DNA of 43,118 nucleotides from a virus: IMG/VR virus record IMGVR_UViG_3300045988_069349; one strand, 5' to 3'. Shown piece by piece: positions 39,396 to 43,118 of this stretch (position 1 is its first letter; each line of letters starts with the position of its first letter). The notes under the pieces were generated by a model. It saw only the letters and a program-made list of their open reading frames with translations, ran no database searches and was not told where the DNA came from. The position numbers and the translations under genes were made by a program.

Positions 39396-39749
39396 TTAAG
39401 CATATACAATCTCGCTCATCTCGAGGATGCATTGCAGTAGGGTTTCGTTCTGGTCTTCGAGCGCTTTAATGCGCTCCTCTTGCGTCGGTTGTGGCTCTCC
39501 CGGTTCCGGCACTTCCGGCTCGACGTACACACTGCCGTCGTCGGAGAGCTGCACCGCGTTGTCAAGGGTGCGGTAAACGGTCGTGTAATTGCTAAAATCG
39601 CCGAGCTGGGTCACGCCATCCATGCGCCACGTCGTAAAGCCCGTTGTTGGAGCGTCGGTGATACCGCCAAGCTCAATAACATGTTCACTGCGCCGCGAAA
39701 ACGTTACTTCCCGGATTTCGTCCGATGCGTTTATCTTGATTTTAATCAT
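39396..39749 (-). CDS. Fibre-associated hypothetical protein (XkdW-like position)
   Basis: 117 aa. C-terminal PTQEERIKALEDQNETLLQCILEMSEIV motif. Confidence 0.5.
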   Translation of the reverse strand: MIKIKINASDEIREVTFSRRSEHVIELGGITDAPTTGFTTWRMDGVTQLGDFSNYTTVYRTLDNAVQLSDDGSVYVEPEVPEPGEPQPTQEERIKALEDQNETLLQCILEMSEIVYA

Positions 39750-39791
39750 TGCATATCCTCGTTTTCACAGTCAATTCCGTTCCTATTCGGT

Positions 39792-41189
39792 TCATATTTT
39801 TACCCATGTAATTTGTTTAGCGCCGTTTATTTGTACGCCCAAAAACGCCTCGCTGCCAGCACCAACGCCCACATAGTATGTGTCCGAATAAAAACTTCCC
39901 GGCCAGCTTCCGCCATTAAGTCGGATAAAACCGCCATAATCAACAGGCACCGTATTTCCTTTGCTTTTTTCTGCATAAAAACTACCTGACTTTATCGAGC
40001 CGATAGCATTTTTTATGGATTTAACCGCTTCGGCGCTGGCGACTTTTTTAGACAAGTCCGTGCTTGCCATAATCTCTTCTAACGTCAGTGCGTCGGATTG
40101 ATTGACTTTATCGTCCTTTAGCGAATTAAGCGCATCCCCTGTCGCTTTCGCATCCGCCGCCTTTCCCGTCTTGGTCAATGTTGCGTCCGTGCCGGACAGC
40201 GCCCCAACATCCGCCGCCGTCAGCTCGACCTTGCCCGCGCTGTCCGGGGTCTTGCCGTTGATCGTTAGGCTCCCAAGGCTGCCCGTGTCGCCGCGCGGGA
40301 TTGTCAGAGTGATGATAGGAGCTTCCGCCGTGCCACTCTGCGCGACGCTCGCCGCCGTTCCCGGTTCGCCTGTAACGACCTTGACGGTGATCTGCGGTGT
40401 CGCGCCCGTCGCGCCCGTGTTGCCCTTGTCGCCCTTGGGGATAGCAAAAGACAGGTTATAATGCCCGTCCACAAGCTCCAAGTTTGCCGTTGGGGCTGTC
40501 CCAGCGTCAAGGCCGGACACCTTCACGGTCATGTTGTTAATTTTTTCGGAGGCTGTGTTGGCGGCCTTTGTCGCGTTGTCCGCGTTCGTGGTCGCCGTCT
40601 TCGTGGCCTTGGTCGCACTATTCGCGTTTGTCGTCGCCGTATTTGCGGCCTTTGTCGCGTTGTCCGCGTTCGTGGCCGCCGTGTTTGCGGTCTTGGTTGC
40701 ATTATTCGCGTTGGTCGTCGCTGTCTCTGCCGCCTCGGTTGCCTCTTTCATCGCGTCGATTCGCTTCAGCAGCTCGGCAATGTCATAGATGATATAATTC
40801 CCGTCGATGATCGTTTCCGCCGTACTAGAGAAGATACTGCTTTCGCCCCAGAAGACGGTATTGGTTACGCCGTCCACTGTGACTTGGATGGTCAGCGCAA
40901 AAGCCCCGGGTTTCGCATAGCAGCCTTTTTCAAGTGTCACGCTCACCACATTGCCGGATGCCGTGCCCGGATTTTGCACCGTCACATCGTCGGCGTATCT
41001 GGTGAGATAGCCCTCCACTTTCGCGCCGCTCGGGATGGAAACGGGTTGCCCGTTGCGCAAAAGCGGCACGTCGATTCTGTGGGCTTTTTTGTTTCCTGTG
41101 ACAAAAAGCGTTTCAAAGAAGGTCTTTCTGATTCCCTTGTTCAACTCGACGGGCGGCATGGAGATTCGCGTTTCGATGGTATCGGCCAT
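39792..41189 (-). CDS. BppU-like baseplate/fibre protein, set 1
   Basis: The N-terminus FFETLFVTGNKKAHRIDVPLLRNGQPVSIPSGAKVEGY is BppU_N-like. It also has an A/T/N-rich coiled array, short collagen-like KGDKGNTGATGAT and PRGDTGS, and a globular C-terminus. Confidence 0.65.
   Translation of the reverse strand: MADTIETRISMPPVELNKGIRKTFFETLFVTGNKKAHRIDVPLLRNGQPVSIPSGAKVEGYLTRYADDVTVQNPGTASGNVVSVTLEKGCYAKPGAFALTIQVTVDGVTNTVFWGESSIFSSTAETIIDGNYIIYDIAELLKRIDAMKEATEAAETATTNANNATKTANTAATNADNATKAANTATTNANSATKATKTATTNADNATKAANTASEKINNMTVKVSGLDAGTAPTANLELVDGHYNLSFAIPKGDKGNTGATGATPQITVKVVTGEPGTAASVAQSGTAEAPIITLTIPRGDTGSLGSLTINGKTPDSAGKVELTAADVGALSGTDATLTKTGKAADAKATGDALNSLKDDKVNQSDALTLEEIMASTDLSKKVASAEAVKSIKNAIGSIKSGSFYAEKSKGNTVPVDYGGFIRLNGGSWPGSFYSDTYYVGVGAGSEAFLGVQINGAKQITWVKI
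40545..40742 (-). repeat. Coding low-complexity tandem array (ATTNA(N/D)NATK-type, 84-nt super-repeat)
   Basis: gcggcctttgtcgcgttgtccgcgttcgtgg recurs 84 nt apart. Protein: ETATTNANNATKTANTAATNADNATKAANTATTNANSATKATKTATTNADNATKAANTA. Confidence 0.8.
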
Positions 41190-41192
41190 GCG

Positions 41193-41468
41193 TCAGGCCT
41201 CCTTTGCCAGCGTCAGGCGTACACTTCCCGCTGCCGTGTCGCGCTGAATGCCTACAAGCTGAGAAAAGCCTTCATACATTTCATAGACGGCCTTGTCATC
41301 CCTGCCGGAACCAGTTTTTTTGATGCTTTTAAGGCCGTCAAAGTCAGCGGCGATTTCGGCCAGAGGCCGCGCATCCTCCAGTTCAATGATGGCTTTGCTC
41401 CCATCCCTGAAAGGAGAGCAGATAAATTCAATATCAAACGTTTTCCCCTTGCTCGTTTCGATTTTCAT
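41193..41468 (-). CDS. Hypothetical tail-module protein
   Basis: MKIETSKGKTFDIEFICSPFRDGSKAIIELEDARPLAEIAADFDGL... . The downstream fibre gene has AAGGAGG inside this gene's 3' end. Confidence 0.5.
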   Translation of the reverse strand: MKIETSKGKTFDIEFICSPFRDGSKAIIELEDARPLAEIAADFDGLKSIKKTGSGRDDKAVYEMYEGFSQLVGIQRDTAAGSVRLTLAKEA

Positions 41469-41625
41469 GGTCAATCGCCTCCTTCAGCTCTTTGATGGTT
41501 TTCCGGGTGATCTGGATAGCCGCGAGCAGGTTGTTCAGGTTCTGCTCGCCTTTGGTTTCCACTGATTCAAGCAGCAGCCCGACGTTTCCGAGCTGCATAA
41601 TGATATTTTCCACGTCCATTTTCAT
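41434..41625 (-). CDS. Hypothetical small helical protein
   Basis: MKMDVENIIMQLGNVGLLLESVETKGEQNLNNLLAAIQITRKTIKELKEAI. The start shares its A with the Tal-1 stop (TGATG). Confidence 0.45.
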   Translation of the reverse strand: MKMDVENIIMQLGNVGLLLESVETKGEQNLNNLLAAIQITRKTIKELKEAIDHENRNEQGENV

Positions 41626-43118
41626 CACTCCCAAGATGCATAGTAGATTGTATCTGTGCTTACGCCGGAACACTCGTAAATCTCAATAGATACGTCGGAA
41701 GGGGATTTCACATAGCGTCTCGTTCTACTCACGCTTGTCACAACTTTTTTTTGCGTCAAGGACAGCCCATACCCGGCGAGTTTCAAACTGTTGCATTCAA
41801 AGTTGGTTGCGCTTAATGCCCGCACATAGAGCGTGTCGGAAATGCCGCTTTCAAAATTAGAAAATTCCGTTTTAAGCTGGTTGGCCGTGACATATCCGTT
41901 CAGCGTGATCTTGTCCGCCTTCAGGGCGATTTCGCTGTTCAGGCCGTCGATTGTCACTTCCGCGCTTGATACGCGTTCTCCAAGGCTGTCCACAATACTC
42001 GCATCGGCCTTGAGGGTGATTGCGGCGTTTGCGCCGTCGATATTGACCTCCGCGCTGGTTACGCGGGTTTCCAGATCATCAACGAGCGTCCTGTCTGCCT
42101 TTAAGTCAATCGTTGCGGCGATGCCGTCAAGGCGGATTTCCGCGTTGCTTACTCGGCCAGTCAGCTCATTTTGGTCATGCGTCAATAGGTTAATCTGCGC
42201 GGTTTTCTCATTCGCTTCGATGATTGCCCAACGCAATTTCGCTTCGGTTTTCTTTTGGCTGCCACCGCCGCCGCCCCTTCGCCCCGTTCCTGTGACGGTT
42301 TCCACGGCCTCATCCGTCTTGACGTAGTTTTCCGTCAGTGTCCTCGGCGGCTCGCCGAAGGTGTACGTCGTGTTTTCCGGGTTCAGCAGGTCGATTTCCA
42401 TTTGGGCGCAGGTCATCGTCAAATCCATGCCGTGCGGGTTGGATAGGATATGCACCTTGTCGCCGATGCGGATGCTTGCCGCCGTGCTATCGATAAAGTG
42501 CATATCAACCGCCGTCAGCGTGATCGTTCGCAGCAAAGCGCCCGTTTTCAGAAACTCCCGCGCCTTGGCCAGCAGGGCAGATGGGTCTTCTTCGTTGCTC
42601 CACGTCTGCGCACGCCAGATTTTGCCGTACAGGCTCACCCCGTCATCGTCTTGGATGTACTCAACACCGCCGTTGACCGAAGCGATAGAAACCGGGTCTT
42701 GCTCGTTTCCGTCGTCGTCCACACTGGAAGCGCCGAGGGGCAAAAGCACCGTAAAGATATCCGCCGCGTCGAGCTTGTCTTTCAGCTCCAGCAAATTGAC
42801 GCTGAAGCTGATTTCCCGCGCATCCGCGCCGCTCGGCTCTTTCAGCCACTCCAGATAGGTCACGCCGCCCGCCGTCCGTGTCGCCAGATAGCCGCCGTAT
42901 GCGCCAAGCAAGCGGTTTTCAATCGCGTCTGACGTGCTTTGATAGCTGTCGTCCTCGGCCTCCATCGTCAAGGCTTGATCGACCGCCGTAATATTGCCGA
43001 CCGTGAAGCGCTTTTCCGCGTCCACCTGTCCATTGTGGCCGCTCACTAGCTCCCGGAAAAATGCCTGTACATTGCCGTTATAGCTGTACGGTTTTTTCAG
43101 GCTGTCGAGCAAAAAAGA
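41625..43118 (-). CDS. Tail tip protein Tal-1, C-terminal segment (N-terminus is at 375..1 across the circular junction; about 589 aa in total)
   Basis: ORF 41625..43112. ...KRFTVGNITAV...ASVNGGVEYIQDDDGVSLYG...SNPHGMDL are blocks shared with Tal-2. A Gly5 linker follows, then 30-aa repeats. Confidence 0.85.
   Translation of the reverse strand, partial: SFLLDSLKKPYSYNGNVQAFFRELVSGHNGQVDAEKRFTVGNITAVDQALTMEAEDDSYQSTSDAIENRLLGAYGGYLATRTAGGVTYLEWLKEPSGADAREISFSVNLLELKDKLDAADIFTVLLPLGASSVDDDGNEQDPVSIASVNGGVEYIQDDDGVSLYGKIWRAQTWSNEEDPSALLAKAREFLKTGALLRTITLTAVDMHFIDSTAASIRIGDKVHILSNPHGMDLTMTCAQMEIDLLNPENTTYTFGEPPRTLTENYVKTDEAVETVTGTGRRGGGGGSQKKTEAKLRWAIIEANEKTAQINLLTHDQNELTGRVSNAEIRLDGIAATIDLKADRTLVDDLETRVTSAEVNIDGANAAITLKADASIVDSLGERVSSAEVTIDGLNSEIALKADKITLNGYVTANQLKTEFSNFESGISDTLYVRALSATNFECNSLKLAGYGLSLTQKKVVTSVSRTRRYVKSPSDVSIEIYECSGVSTDTIYYASWE
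41898..42167 (-). repeat. Three 30-aa coding repeats in the Tal-1 C-terminal shaft
   Basis: GRVSNAEIRLDGIAATIDLKADRTLVDDLE / TRVTSAEVNIDGANAAITLKADASIVDSLG / ERVSSAEVTIDGLNSEIALKADKITLNG. Confidence 0.8.
43020..43118. repeat. Terminal overlap, copy 2
   Basis: Identical to 1-99, consistent with a circular assembly overlap. Confidence 0.9.

Larger units (their letters stand above)
1..43118. mobile_element. Complete temperate siphovirus-like phage genome on a circularly closed contig (unit about 43.02 kb)
   Basis: All modules are present: serine integrase, divergent XRE pair, replication, terS/terL, SPP1-type portal, MuF, scaffold, capsid, connectors, tube, G/GT, TMP, Dit/Tal, fibres, holin/lysin. 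The window ends overlap and a tail gene is continuous across them. Confidence 0.9.

Noticed and set aside
1-43118. Looked for reverse transcriptase/DGR template-variable repeat pairs, retron-like ncRNA, tRNA/tmRNA genes, invertible fibre segments and stop-codon recoding.
   Set aside because: No RT-like ORF was seen, and no long near-identical repeat pair other than the terminal overlap. No cloverleaf-like structures were noticed by eye (a tRNAscan run is still advisable). No inverted repeats flank the fibre genes. All large genes are intact under the standard code.
43020-43118. Terminal repeat, considered as a physical direct terminal repeat or cos region.
   Set aside because: It lies inside the Tal-1 coding sequence, far from terS/terL. 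An assembly overlap of a circular or circularly permuted genome is the simpler explanation.

Overview
The window is a complete, circularly closed genome of a temperate siphovirus-type dsDNA phage. The unit is about 43.0 kb: the first ~99 nt recur at the 3' end, and a tail gene reads across that junction. Signals point to a Gram-positive (Clostridia/Bacilli-like) host: AGGAGG-type SDs, SPP1-like head genes, a CHAP-LysM lysin and XkdX-like ORFs. There are about 65 genes. All are on the minus strand except a 4-gene lysogeny block (30418-34101, +) and one RHH gene (19570-19779, +). Reading the minus strand downward from 30262, the order is as follows. (1) Early operon: cro-like gene and BRO/KilAC antirepressor. 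(2) A C5-MTase-like gene and a radical SAM gene. (3) Many small early ORFs. (4) Replication module: replisome organizer with internal iterons, and a G39P-like loader. (5) A DUF1492/sigma-region-4-like regulator. (6) The late operon: amino-MTase, terS, HExxH protein, terL, portal, fibre-like protein, MuF with a C-terminal DUF6883-like module, small coupled ORF, holin, endolysin, scaffold, capsid, connectors, tail tube, G/G-T chaperones (T_TTT_TTC slippery site), two tape measures, Dit/Tal/fibre set 1 (crossing the window ends), and Dit/Tal/RBP set 2. The most notable observations are: (i) duplicated tail-tip machinery (2 TMP, 2 Dit, 2 Tal, 2 fibre sets) served by a single tube/chaperone set; (ii) a MuF-fused candidate toxin with a translationally coupled immunity-like ORF; (iii) a lysis cassette and a fibre-like gene displaced into the head module and bracketed by terminators; (iv) an insulated RHH/operator/unknown-gene cassette; (v) an AT-rich moron, an attP candidate and a compositionally chimeric serine integrase; (vi) an HExxH protein between terS and terL; (vii) a radical SAM plus minimal C5-MTase pair. 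All functional calls come from by-eye motif recognition, because no database search was possible.
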